NCBI GenBank assembly: GCA_965218435.1
Contig: CBDCKW010000009.1
Location: forward strand, 3,136,001 to 3,200,000
Length of the DNA stretch: 64,000 nucleotides
Origin: Truepera sp.
Lineage (GTDB): Bacteria > Deinococcota > Deinococci > Deinococcales > Trueperaceae
Direction of reading: 5' to 3'
The position numbers and the translations under genes are program-made. The first letter of the stretch is position 1. Each line of letters opens with the position of its first letter. The notes beneath the pieces are model-generated. The model did no database searches and was not told the DNA's origin. It saw nothing but the letters and a program-made list of their open reading frames with translations. Below, one piece after another: positions 49,213-59,139 of this stretch.

Positions 49213-50652
49213 CTAGCCCTCGACCGACATCAGGTAAGGGTCTTCGATGGTTTCACAGACCAGCCGTAAAAACCGCGCCGCGTCTGCGCCGTCAATCAAG
49301 CGGTGGTCATATGAAAGCGACAAAGGCATCATCGTCCGTGGTTTGAACTCGCTCGCAGCGTCGTCCCACACAGGTTCGACCGCGCCCCTGGAGACACCTA
49401 AAATCGCTACGTCCGGCGGGTTGACAATCGGCGTAAACCCGGTGCCGCCGATGCCGCCCAAGTTTGAAATGCTGAAGTTGCCGCCCTGCATGTCTTCGGG
49501 GCCGAGTTTGCGCGCCCTGGCTTTTTCAGCGATGTCGCCCAGCTCTTTGGCCAACTGGATGATGCCTTTTTTATCGACATCGCGGATGACCGGAACAAGT
49601 AAGCCACGTTCGGTATCTACCGCCACGCCTAAGTTGACGTACTCTTTGTAGACGACTTCGTTGGTTTCCAAGTCTAGACTCGCGTTAAACTTCGGAAACT
49701 TTTTCAGCGCCCCCACGACCATCTTGAGGAGCACCGCCGTCGGTGTGAGTTTGGTTCCCGCGGCTTCGGCCCTCGCTTTGTAGCGTTTGCGGAGCTTCTC
49801 GAACTCACCCGTATCAGCTTTGTCAAACTGCGTGACCATCGGGACACTTGTCCAGGCGGTCGTCATCGCCCGTACCGTCGCTTTACGAATACCCGACATC
49901 GGCTCACGGGTGACCGTGCCGTACTTGCTGAAGTCCGGGAGCGGCACAACTTGTGGTGCTGTAGCAGGGGCTTGCGGTGCAGATGGTTGCGCTGCTCCCT
50001 GAGACGCACCTTGAGACGCGCCCTGTGGTTTGCCGCTCGAGGCAAAACTCTTCACATCTTCAGCCGAGATGCGGCCCATAATGCCTGAGCCCGCAACCTC
50101 ACCCAAGTTCACGCCCATCTCACGGGCCAAACGCCGTACCGACGGGGCCGCCGGGATGCTCTCTTTTTCCTCTATCGGCGTGTCGTAAGAGTCCGGCGAC
50201 TTCTCCGCGGATTCGGCGTTTTTGGCATTGGCCGCGTCGTCAATCTCAGCCTCTTCGGTGTCTATCGTTTCGTCTTTGCCCTCGCCCTGAGCTTCTTCGG
50301 CGGGCAGTTCTTCAGCTGCCGCATCTACCGCACCCACATTAGCAGAATCCTCAGCGCCGTCTGTAGCCTCAGCGTTCGTGTCAGCAGTTTCCTCGGCGGT
50401 ATCGCCAGCCGCGCCTTTATCGCCGACGACGAGCACCACCTGTCCGACCGAAGCTTCTTCGTTCTCTTTAACTTGAATCTCTTGCACGACGCCCGCGACC
50501 GATGACGGCACCTCGACGACGGCTTTGTCGGTCTCGAGCTCTAAGACCGGTTGCTCTTTTTCGATGGTGTCACCGACCGCGACCAACACCCCAACGACGG
50601 TGCCACTCGTAATACCCTCGCCTACCTCGGGCAGTTTGAATTCAGTTGCCAT
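49213..50652 (-). CDS. aceF: Pyruvate dehydrogenase E2
   Basis: Lipoyl domain ETDKA, PAAPSVRRLARE, SYDHRLIDGADAARF. Confidence 0.95.
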   Translation of the reverse strand: MATEFKLPEVGEGITSGTVVGVLVAVGDTIEKEQPVLELETDKAVVEVPSSVAGVVQEIQVKENEEASVGQVVLVVGDKGAAGDTAEETADTNAEATDGAEDSANVGAVDAAAEELPAEEAQGEGKDETIDTEEAEIDDAANAKNAESAEKSPDSYDTPIEEKESIPAAPSVRRLAREMGVNLGEVAGSGIMGRISAEDVKSFASSGKPQGASQGASQGAAQPSAPQAPATAPQVVPLPDFSKYGTVTREPMSGIRKATVRAMTTAWTSVPMVTQFDKADTGEFEKLRKRYKARAEAAGTKLTPTAVLLKMVVGALKKFPKFNASLDLETNEVVYKEYVNLGVAVDTERGLLVPVIRDVDKKGIIQLAKELGDIAEKARARKLGPEDMQGGNFSISNLGGIGGTGFTPIVNPPDVAILGVSRGAVEPVWDDAASEFKPRTMMPLSLSYDHRLIDGADAARFLRLVCETIEDPYLMSVEG

Positions 50653-50690
50653 GCGTTCCTTTCACGCGCCTCGTCAGGTCAGATATTGAC

Positions 50691-53396
50691 TCAGGCGACA
50701 TGGGCGTCGAGCTTCTCCGGGTTGATGTCTAAGTCTTTAATGGCTTTGGCGACGACCGACGCCTCGAGCTGCCCCTCTTGTTGCAGCGCGTAGAGCGTCG
50801 CTAAGGTGATAAAGCGGGCGTCTACCTCGAAGTGGTTGCGCAGCTCTTCTCTGGCTTCACTTCGGCCGAAGCCGTCTGTTCCCAAGCTGACGATAGGGCG
50901 CGGCAGATGACGAGAAAGCGCGTCCGGCAAAATCTTCAGATAATCCGAAGCTGCGACGAGTACGCCTTTGGTATCTTTAAGCGCCTCGTAGACGAACGCT
51001 TTTTCCGGTTCCTCTTCGGGGTGCAGCCGGTTGCGGCGCTCGACCCGGAGGGCGTCTTGGTGCAGCGACTTATACGAGGTCACGCTCCACACGTCCGCTG
51101 CGACGTTGTAGTCAGAAAGCATCTCTTGCGCCTTTAGAACCTCGAGCATAATTGAACCCGACCCGAAGAGCTGCGCTTTGAGCTTGCTCCGCTTTTTACC
51201 CGACGGCTTATAGAGGTACAACCCTCTCAGCACGCCCTCTTTGACCTCAGCAGCTGAGAGGTGTTCGGGTAGCGCCGGTTGCGGATAATTTTCGTTGCCG
51301 ACCGTAAGGTAGTAGAACACATCCTCTTGCTCCTCGTACATCCGCCGCATTCCCTCGCGGATGATAAAGGCCATCTCATAGGCAAACGACGGGTCGTAGG
51401 CGAGCAGGTTGGGAATCGGATAGGCCAGCACATGCGAGTGACCGTCTTGGTGTTGTAACCCTTCCCCGGCGAGCGTGGTGCGGCCCGCGGTGCCGCCGAG
51501 CAAAAAGCCTTTGGTGCGCATGTCCCCGGCGGCCCACAAGAAGTCGCCAATCCGCTGAAAGCCGAACATCGAGTAGTAGATAAAAAACGGGATGGTATTG
51601 ACGCCGTGCGCGGCGTACGCCGTTCCTGCGGCGATAAACGAGGCAACCGAACCCGCTTCGGTGATGCCCTCTTCTAAAATTTGCCCGTCGGTAGACTCTT
51701 TGTAGTACAAGATGTTGTCCGAGTCCACGGGTTCATAGAGCTGCCCGACGTGCGAGTAGATGCCGATCTGCCGGAACAGTGCTTCCATCCCAAAGGTGCG
51801 AGCCTCGTCAGGGACGATGGGTACGATGAGCTTGCCCCACGCTTTATCGCGCAAAAGTTTGCCCAAAATCCGCACGAAGACCATCGTGGTCGAGGCGGCG
51901 CGGTCGCCGGTCCCTTTGGTAAATTCTTCAAACAAGGCTTCGTCGGGCGCGGCGAGTGGTTCAGCCCGGACGCGTCGTGCGGGCATCCCGCCGCCTAGTG
52001 CTTCGCGGTGCTCCTGCAAATACTTAAACTCTTCTTCGTCCTCTTCCGGGCGGTAAAAAGGATACTTACTGATCTCTTCGTCTTTAATTGGGACTTCAAA
52101 GCGGTCACGGAAAAGCTTGAGCTCGTCCTCGCTGAGTTTTTTCTGCTGGTGCGTAACGTTTTTACCTTCACCTGACTCGCCCAAGCCGTAGCCCTTAACC
52201 GTCCGAGCCAAAATTACGGTCGGTTGCCCCTTATGCTCGGTGGCCTGTTTGAACGCTGAATAGACCTTGATGGGGTCGTGACCGCCGCGGTTGAGTTTGG
52301 CTAAATCGTCGTCGCTCCAGCCTTCGATAAGTGCTTGCAGTTCAGGCGTGTTAAAGAAGTTTTTACGCAGTTCAGCCGCGCCGAAGGCGGCGTAACGCTG
52401 CGATTCGCCGTCTATAAGTTTGTCAAAGCGCCTTAAGAGGACACCCTGCGTGTCTTTTTCTAAGAGCTTATCCCACCCTGAGCCCCAGATGACCTTGATG
52501 ACGTTCCAACCGGTGCCGCGAAAGCTGGCCTCGAGCTCCTGAATGATCTGGCCGTTGCCGCGTACCGGGCCGTCTAAACGTTGCAAATTGCAATTGATCA
52601 CCCAGATCAGGTTATCGAGTTTTTCCCTCGAGGCGAGGCTGATCGCGCCCAACGTTTCGGGTTCGTCGGTCTCACCGTCGCCTAAAAACGCCCAAACCTT
52701 ACCCGAACCGGGCTCTTTGAGGCCGCGGTCCTCAAGGTAGCGGTTAAAGCGCGCCTGATAGATTGAGGTCAGTGGGCCGATCCCCATCGAAACGGTGGCA
52801 AAGGTCCAGTAGTCGGGCATGAGCCACGCGTGTGGGTAGCTGCTCAGCCCCGGCTCTTGTTGCAACTCACGGCGGAAGTTGCGGAGCTGCTCTTTGTGCA
52901 GGCGGCGCTCTAAGTACGACCGCGCGTACATCCCAGGGCTCGCGTGGCCCTGAAAGTAGACCATATCGGCGTCTACACCCGCGTTCGGGCCGCGAAAAAA
53001 GTGATTCATCCCAACTTCATATAGGGTCGCCGCCGACGCGTAGGTTGATAAGTGGCCGCCGATACCCTCGGAATGCTTGTTGGCGTAGAGCACCATCGCC
53101 ACGGCGTTCCAGCGGATCAGGTTGCGGATGCGGCGTTCGATTGCCAAATCGCCAGGGTAGGGCTCGTCTTCGCCTGCCGGAATCGTATTGATGTAGGGCA
53201 TATTGGCGCTGAAGGGAATCTCGACGCCGAGTTTTTTGGCGTGCGCCTCGAGCCGCTCCAAAAGTTCTAAGGTGCGCTCGGGTCCGGCGCTGTCCAGGAC
53301 GTACTCCAAAGACTCGAGCCATTCGCGCAGCTCGACTTCGTTGAGTTGCTGCTGAACGTCGGTGTCGGCCTCAGCGCGTTCTAGGGTATCAGCCAC
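50691..53396 (-). CDS. aceE: Pyruvate dehydrogenase E1, homodimeric
   Basis: [44 protein letters not shown] before GTG at 53396. Confidence 0.96.
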   Translation of the reverse strand: MADTLERAEADTDVQQQLNEVELREWLESLEYVLDSAGPERTLELLERLEAHAKKLGVEIPFSANMPYINTIPAGEDEPYPGDLAIERRIRNLIRWNAVAMVLYANKHSEGIGGHLSTYASAATLYEVGMNHFFRGPNAGVDADMVYFQGHASPGMYARSYLERRLHKEQLRNFRRELQQEPGLSSYPHAWLMPDYWTFATVSMGIGPLTSIYQARFNRYLEDRGLKEPGSGKVWAFLGDGETDEPETLGAISLASREKLDNLIWVINCNLQRLDGPVRGNGQIIQELEASFRGTGWNVIKVIWGSGWDKLLEKDTQGVLLRRFDKLIDGESQRYAAFGAAELRKNFFNTPELQALIEGWSDDDLAKLNRGGHDPIKVYSAFKQATEHKGQPTVILARTVKGYGLGESGEGKNVTHQQKKLSEDELKLFRDRFEVPIKDEEISKYPFYRPEEDEEEFKYLQEHREALGGGMPARRVRAEPLAAPDEALFEEFTKGTGDRAASTTMVFVRILGKLLRDKAWGKLIVPIVPDEARTFGMEALFRQIGIYSHVGQLYEPVDSDNILYYKESTDGQILEEGITEAGSVASFIAAGTAYAAHGVNTIPFFIYYSMFGFQRIGDFLWAAGDMRTKGFLLGGTAGRTTLAGEGLQHQDGHSHVLAYPIPNLLAYDPSFAYEMAFIIREGMRRMYEEQEDVFYYLTVGNENYPQPALPEHLSAAEVKEGVLRGLYLYKPSGKKRSKLKAQLFGSGSIMLEVLKAQEMLSDYNVAADVWSVTSYKSLHQDALRVERRNRLHPEEEPEKAFVYEALKDTKGVLVAASDYLKILPDALSRHLPRPIVSLGTDGFGRSEAREELRNHFEVDARFITLATLYALQQEGQLEASVVAKAIKDLDINPEKLDAHVA

Positions 53397-53601
53397 AGTA
53401 AAGCCTCCTCTTGGCTGGGGTTTGGCTACCAGAGGCAAAGTGCCCCAGTGTATCAGCTCATCCTATCAAGCTTAAGGCCGTAAAACTGCACACATACGCT
53501 GCAATTATCTTGATGGCCTAACTGAGGGCTGGGTTAAACATAAAGATTTGGGCGTAAAAATTTAGGCGTAAAGGTTAAGCGTAAAGCAAACCGCCGCAGA
53601 G

Positions 53602-53805
53602 TTAGCGACGTAACCAACCGAGCAGATTGACTACAAGTGTCAATACAAAGCTGACCAGAAGCATCGAAGTCAGCGGAAAAAAGACCGTTTGCGTGCGAAC
53701 ATCACCGGGCAGGTGGCCGAACCAGGCGAACGCTTTAGGGAATACGAGCAGCAAGGCTCCGACGAGCGTTATGCCTAAACCTACCAAGATAAGAGCTCGA
53801 GCCAT
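53602..53805 (-). CDS. DUF2905 family small membrane protein
   Basis: WFGHLPGD...FFPLTSMLLVS. Confidence 0.85.
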   Translation of the reverse strand: MARALILVGLGITLVGALLLVFPKAFAWFGHLPGDVRTQTVFFPLTSMLLVSFVLTLVVNLLGWLRR

Positions 53806-53844
53806 CCCTCAGTTTAGCGTTACTGAATGAGTCTCGAGGGATTT

Positions 53845-54009
53845 TGTAAACGATTACAAAGTGTCTAAACTTATAATCAGAATTACACTCAAACTAAAGT
53901 GTCAAATGTGTATTTACCACCTCCAAACACAGTAAGTAAGCGGTACTTGACATTTTTCTCGAGTTATCAGTAAACTCAGCACATCAATTTGTTTTTGTAA
54001 GCGTTTACA
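53845..54009 (+). promoter_or_regulatory. Promoter flanked by two LacI-type operators
   Basis: TGTAAACGATTACA (53845-58) and TGTAAGCGTTTACA (53996-54009) around TTGACA-18-TAAACT (53947-76). Confidence 0.8.
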
Positions 54010-54035
54010 GAGATAGCTACTTCAGGGAGCTTTAG

Positions 54036-55034
54036 ATGGCAGCGGAACCCGCGACACGGTTAGCGCCGACAATTCAAGACGTAGCGCAAACCGCCGGGGT
54101 CTCGACCGGTACCGTCAGCCGCGTCCTCAACGGTCGGCCGGGAGTTAAAGCGAGTACCAAAACGGCGGTTTTAGACGCAGTGACGAGGCTTAAATACCGC
54201 CCCGATACGGCGGCGCGGCAGCTCTCCGGGGGCCGCGCCAAACGCATCGGGTTTCACGTGTCGGCGCACGGTAGCCGTTTTTCTCCCTTTTATACGCTCT
54301 TTATAAAGCATTTGATACGAGAGTTTGAAAGAGAGGGTTACCGGTTAGACGATATTCCCAGCCGCCCCGACGGACTTCCGGAAAGACTTTCAGACGGCCT
54401 GATGCTCTTCGGCGTTCACGACGACGACCCCCGGATTTCGTATTTGCAAGCTCGAGATATACCGTTTGTCTTAGAAGGGCACGCCCCCGGTCAGCGCTGG
54501 GTTCAGTCGGACGATTACAGCGGCGGACGGCAAGGAACCGAACACTTGGTACGCCTTAGTCACACCGGCGTTGTGCATCTAAGTGGTGACCTGAGCGGGC
54601 AAGCTGCGTTTGACCGCTTTTGTGGTTACAGAGACGTCCTTACCGAAAACGGTTTACGGGTGCCGGAGCCGCTTAACGGCAGTTTTACGGCGCTCGGCGC
54701 GTACCGGGCGGTGCGGCGGGCGCTAGACGTTGGAACGCAGGTTTCTACACCATTTTCTGCTCTTTTTGCCGCCTCGGACGAGATGGCGCAGGGAGCAATC
54801 ATCGCTTTAGCTGACGCCGGGCTTAAAGTTCCCGGAGACGTGTCGGTCGTCGGCTTTGACGATCTGCCCGAGTTTGGGGAAGGTCTGACGACCGTTCGGC
54901 AAGACCTCGCCAAAATCGCCGAGACTGCGGTCGTGCTCCTGAAAGAAGGGTTGGCAGGGAGACCCGTGCGGCATGAGGTCGTGCCGGTTCAGCTCGTGGT
55001 GCGGGGCAGCACCGCCCGGAGGAGGTCGTCGTGA
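54036..55034 (+). CDS. LacI family regulator
   Basis: TIQDVAQTAGVSTGTVSRVLN, DVSVVGFDD, LTTVRQ. Confidence 0.95.
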   Translation: MAAEPATRLAPTIQDVAQTAGVSTGTVSRVLNGRPGVKASTKTAVLDAVTRLKYRPDTAARQLSGGRAKRIGFHVSAHGSRFSPFYTLFIKHLIREFEREGYRLDDIPSRPDGLPERLSDGLMLFGVHDDDPRISYLQARDIPFVLEGHAPGQRWVQSDDYSGGRQGTEHLVRLSHTGVVHLSGDLSGQAAFDRFCGYRDVLTENGLRVPEPLNGSFTALGAYRAVRRALDVGTQVSTPFSALFAASDEMAQGAIIALADAGLKVPGDVSVVGFDDLPEFGEGLTTVRQDLAKIAETAVVLLKEGLAGRPVRHEVVPVQLVVRGSTARRRSS

Positions 55035-55140
55035 TTTAGCTGCTGTAATGTAACTGCTGTGATCTAGCCGCCGCAATTTAACTGCCGTAGTTTAACCGCC
55101 GCAATTTAACTGCTGTAATTTACTACTGTAATTTAACCGC
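55034..55140. repeat. About 7.5 x 14-bp degenerate tandem repeat
   Basis: Consensus ATTTAACYGCYGYA, repeated without spacers. Confidence 0.88.
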
Positions 55141-55207
55141 ACGTCGGCACCCTAGTCCTACTCACAAGCTCCAACTAGCTGGGCTTACTTGTCTCAAAGG
55201 AGGATAT

Positions 55208-56434
55208 ATGAAACGTTTAGGTTTGGCACTTCTTAGCAGCCTGCTCGCCTGCACCGCGCTGGCACAAACGACCATCCGCATCACCGGTTACGGCGGTCAA
55301 GACCCGGCGATCGTCAACCGGCTGATCAACGAAGTTATCGGCGACAAGCTTTCTGCTGAAGGTATCACTGTACAGTACGAGCCCGTCGAGGGCGACTACA
55401 ACGCCGGACTTTTTAACGCGCTTTCAGCGGGCACGGCGGGTGACGTCTTTTATATTCCGGCAGAGACCGCGCCCGGTATCCTGGCAACAGGCACCGTCTT
55501 GCCCCTTAACGATGTGGTAGACACGTCACCCTTTATAGATACGCTGTTAGAGCCCTTTACCGTGGACGGTCAAGTTTACGGCATCCCGAAAGACTTCAAC
55601 ACGCTGGCCGTTTTTTACAACAAAGACTTGTTTGATGAAGCGGGCGTCGAGTATCCCAATGAAAACGACACCTGGGAGACCTTCGCCAAGAAGCTGCGCG
55701 GCGTTAACGACCTAGGCGGCGACGTTAAGGGCGCGTGCTTTGTCGCCGACCTCGCGCGGATGGGACCGTTCGCTTTTGGCGAGGGTTGGCAGGCACTAGA
55801 CCAAGACGGTAACACCAACCTGCAAGACAAGGCGTTTGTTGACGCTTTCACTTGGTACACCGGCCTGATTCAAGAGGGTGTAACGTCGCTCCCGAGCGAC
55901 TTAGGTCAAGACTGGTCGGGCGGCTGTTTCGGGACGGGTAATACCGGCGTGGCGATTGAAGGCGCGTGGATTTTAGGCTACCTGAGAGACACCGCCCCCA
56001 ACTTGCAGTACGGCACCACCTTTTTGCCGGTCGCCCCGTCAGGTAAAACCGGCAACTACACCTACACGGTGGCCTACGGCGTCAACGCGAACTCGGCCAA
56101 CCAAGACGCTGCCATCAAAGTTTTAGAAGCCTTGACCAGCCCGGAGGCGCAGCAGTGGGTGCTGGAAAACGGTCTTGCTATCCCCAGCCGCAAAGCTCTA
56201 GAAAATAATCCCTACTTCGCCGAAAAAAACCCCGAGGCCGAGGCCAACCGCGTCGTCTTCGAGGGAGCCACGCGTGGCAACGTCGAAAGCTACCAGTTCG
56301 GCAAGGTCGGTACGGACTTCGTAACGCCGATCAATCAGGCGATCAATGCAGTTGCCACCGGTCAGTCGCAGGTCGGTCCGGCTCTTAAACAAGCACAAGG
56401 CGAGGTTGACGCGCTCATCCAGCGCACCCAATAA
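55208..56434 (+). CDS. Sugar ABC transporter substrate-binding protein
   Basis: Signal peptide, YGIPKDFNTLAVFYNKDLF; AGGAGG RBS. Confidence 0.92.
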   Translation: MKRLGLALLSSLLACTALAQTTIRITGYGGQDPAIVNRLINEVIGDKLSAEGITVQYEPVEGDYNAGLFNALSAGTAGDVFYIPAETAPGILATGTVLPLNDVVDTSPFIDTLLEPFTVDGQVYGIPKDFNTLAVFYNKDLFDEAGVEYPNENDTWETFAKKLRGVNDLGGDVKGACFVADLARMGPFAFGEGWQALDQDGNTNLQDKAFVDAFTWYTGLIQEGVTSLPSDLGQDWSGGCFGTGNTGVAIEGAWILGYLRDTAPNLQYGTTFLPVAPSGKTGNYTYTVAYGVNANSANQDAAIKVLEALTSPEAQQWVLENGLAIPSRKALENNPYFAEKNPEAEANRVVFEGATRGNVESYQFGKVGTDFVTPINQAINAVATGQSQVGPALKQAQGEVDALIQRTQ

Positions 56435-56511
56435 GCAGCCCAGCTTCACGTAACGGGACAGCCGCGACAAAACCGGGTCCGGCTGCCCACCCTTTGAGGA
56501 GGCCAAACCCC

Positions 56512-57606
56512 ATGAAACAAAAGTTCCGCGACGCGGCGGCAGGTTACCTCTTTCTTTTGCCTTTTTTGCTGACGCTCGGTGTGTTTTTCGTCTACGCTTT
56601 TGTACGCGCCGTAGGGTTCAGCTTTACCAATTACAACTTGTTTAACGCCGCCAACCTCGAGTTCATCGGACTGCAAAATTATCTCAATCTGTTTCGGGAT
56701 AATAACTTTCTACGCGCTCTCACCAACTCGGTTACTTTCGCTACCGTGGTAACTGCGCTACAAACGTTTGGCGCACTGCTTATGGCCGCCGTACTCAACC
56801 AAAAGGTGCGCGGGCTGGGCTTTTTCCGGGCCGCTTACTATATGCCCAGCGTGACCAGCAGCGTGGTGATTACGCTCATCTTTTTGTGGCTTTTTCAGCG
56901 TACCGGCTTAATCAACTATCTCACGACGCAGTTTCTCGTCTATCTGCCTTTGATTGCTGTGTTTGCAGCACTCCTGATTGTGATGCAAGTGGTACAGGTA
57001 GCCTTTGAACGCGCCCGCAACCTGCCTGCAAACTGGAACGACCCGGCCTTGTTCGTGATCTCGCTCCTCGTGGCGCTCGCCGGAACCGTGGTGCTTAATA
57101 TCAGCGGGCTTATTTCACCCAGGGACCTGCCCCCCGTAGATTTTAACTGGCTTAATACCCAGCAGCGTGTCGGCTTTATCGGCGTACCCCTGATCGTGAT
57201 TATGGTTCAAAACATCTTTACGACGATTCCGACTTTTATGTTGATGTTTTTAGCGGCGCTGCAAGACGTGCCTGTGTCGTACTACGAAGCGGCATCTTTA
57301 GACGGGGCGAGTGCGGCGCAGCAGTTTCGTTATATCACCGTGCCGTCGGTTCAACCCGTGACTTTTTTGGTCGTCACGCTCGGACTTATCGGCACCTTAC
57401 AGATGTTTGACCAGGTGGCGATTTTTGGGAACGCTGTACCTTTAGAGTCGGTTATTACGCTGGCGTACTTTGTCTACGACCGGATGTTTCCCGGCGGTCA
57501 ACTTCCCGAAGTCGGTTTTGCGTCGGCGGCGGCGATGTTTTTAGCGGTGCTGACGCTGATCGTCGTGCTGATTCAGCGCGTCTTTATCCCGTCGGAGAAA
57601 CGCTGA
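56512..57606 (+). CDS. Sugar ABC transporter permease
   Basis: FIGLQNY, EAA loop YYEAASLDGAS. Confidence 0.92.
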   Translation: MKQKFRDAAAGYLFLLPFLLTLGVFFVYAFVRAVGFSFTNYNLFNAANLEFIGLQNYLNLFRDNNFLRALTNSVTFATVVTALQTFGALLMAAVLNQKVRGLGFFRAAYYMPSVTSSVVITLIFLWLFQRTGLINYLTTQFLVYLPLIAVFAALLIVMQVVQVAFERARNLPANWNDPALFVISLLVALAGTVVLNISGLISPRDLPPVDFNWLNTQQRVGFIGVPLIVIMVQNIFTTIPTFMLMFLAALQDVPVSYYEAASLDGASAAQQFRYITVPSVQPVTFLVVTLGLIGTLQMFDQVAIFGNAVPLESVITLAYFVYDRMFPGGQLPEVGFASAAAMFLAVLTLIVVLIQRVFIPSEKR

Positions 57607-59048
57607 TGGCGACGCGCAGCGCACCACGTGGGATTGAAACGTTTGGGAGCCGCGCCGAGTTTGAACGCTGGCACACCCGCCGCCGCTGGGCGCGGGCAGG
57701 GCTTGTCTATCTGGCGATGCTCTTTTTTGCGGTGGTGCTCTTAGGACCGATTTTATTTGCGGCAATCTCGAGCGTCAAAACGAACCCGCTCGAGTACCCG
57801 CCAACGCTTAACATCCCGCAGCTCTCCCCCGCCAACTGGTCGGCGGCGGCGCGCCTCGGCGCAGCGGGTCGTGGTGGGCGCTGGTTCGGCGGCTTCGCGC
57901 CCGGCGCAGATGTACCCTTTCGGATCACCTATTTCGTCCCTGAAGGGCAACAGGCCGAAGCGCCCGAAGTGGTGGTGTCGCGTCGCCGGAGCGGTGGGTT
58001 ACAAGCGGCGCAAGTGATCGAGTTTGCCGCCGACTACGCTAAGGTGAGCCCGGTTGCGGAGGTCTCGAGCACGCCCGGTTCTAAGGAGGTGCGCGGCGAG
58101 GAGACCGCCGGACAGTTCGTGACCTACAGCTTTAATGTGACCTATCCCGGCAAGGGGCCGAAAGTTGACACGCTACCCGTAGATATTACCGCCCCGGTCA
58201 ATCAGCTTTATACCGACGCGACGCTGAGCCCGAGTCGGCTCGAGCGGCGGGGCCGGGTCGCCTCGTTTGATACCATCGTTCCCGGCGCACTCGGCTACGT
58301 GTTTCGCAACTACACACGCGTTTTTGCCGAAGTCAAAAGTGTCACGACCGGCGAAAGCCTCTTCTGGGCGTGGACGCGCAACTCGTTTTTGATCGGTATC
58401 GTCCGAGTTTTAAGCACGTTGCTGTTCGCGTCAATGGCCGGTTACGCGCTCGCGCGGCTCCGTTTCCCAGGTAAAAACATCATCTTTTTTGCCACGCTCT
58501 TCAGCATGATGATCCCCGGTCAGGTCACCTTTATCTCAAACTATCTGGTCTTACGTGACGGCATCTTCGGCTTGACCCAACTTTTCGGCGTACCGACGCT
58601 CTTAAATACGATTTGGGCGGTGATTGTCGGCGGGGCGAGCGGGTCGGCCTTGGTTGCTGCCGGGATGGTCTTCTTGATGAAACAGTTTTTCGAGTCTATC
58701 CCCAACGAGGTTGAAGAAGCGGCGATGATTGACGGGGCGAACCACTGGCGGCGCTACTGGAACGTCGTGTTACCGATGGCTCGGCCCGCGTTGGGCGCAG
58801 TCGCCATCCTCAGCTTTCAAGGTGCGTGGAACGAGTTTTTCTGGCCTTTTATCGTCCTGACGACCCCCGAAGACATCAAAACGCTGCCGATTGGCCTGTT
58901 GTCGTTTCGGCAAATCTACGGCGCGACCGGTGACTGGGGCCTGATCTTAGCAGGCGCGATTTTGAGTGCGCTCCCGATTGTCATCTTGTTCATCGTATTC
59001 CAGCGTTACTTTTTAGAGGGCGTGTCGTACGGGGGCGGCAAAGAGTAA
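57606..59048 (+). CDS. Sugar ABC transporter permease with large extracytoplasmic insert
   Basis: EEAAMIDGA, WNEFFWP; long hydrophilic region after the first TM. Confidence 0.92.
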   Translation: MATRSAPRGIETFGSRAEFERWHTRRRWARAGLVYLAMLFFAVVLLGPILFAAISSVKTNPLEYPPTLNIPQLSPANWSAAARLGAAGRGGRWFGGFAPGADVPFRITYFVPEGQQAEAPEVVVSRRRSGGLQAAQVIEFAADYAKVSPVAEVSSTPGSKEVRGEETAGQFVTYSFNVTYPGKGPKVDTLPVDITAPVNQLYTDATLSPSRLERRGRVASFDTIVPGALGYVFRNYTRVFAEVKSVTTGESLFWAWTRNSFLIGIVRVLSTLLFASMAGYALARLRFPGKNIIFFATLFSMMIPGQVTFISNYLVLRDGIFGLTQLFGVPTLLNTIWAVIVGGASGSALVAAGMVFLMKQFFESIPNEVEEAAMIDGANHWRRYWNVVLPMARPALGAVAILSFQGAWNEFFWPFIVLTTPEDIKTLPIGLLSFRQIYGATGDWGLILAGAILSALPIVILFIVFQRYFLEGVSYGGGKE

Positions 59049-59139
59049 GAGTCAGTCATCAGTAGCCAGAATTCAATAGTCAGTAAAGAAGCTTTAGGCT
59101 GAATTCTGATACCTGACTACTTTAGTTTTTTGGAGCTTT

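Noticed and set aside
55034..55140. Possible CRISPR array
   Set aside because: Units are 14 bp, contiguous and degenerate, with no unique spacers and no cas genes in the window.
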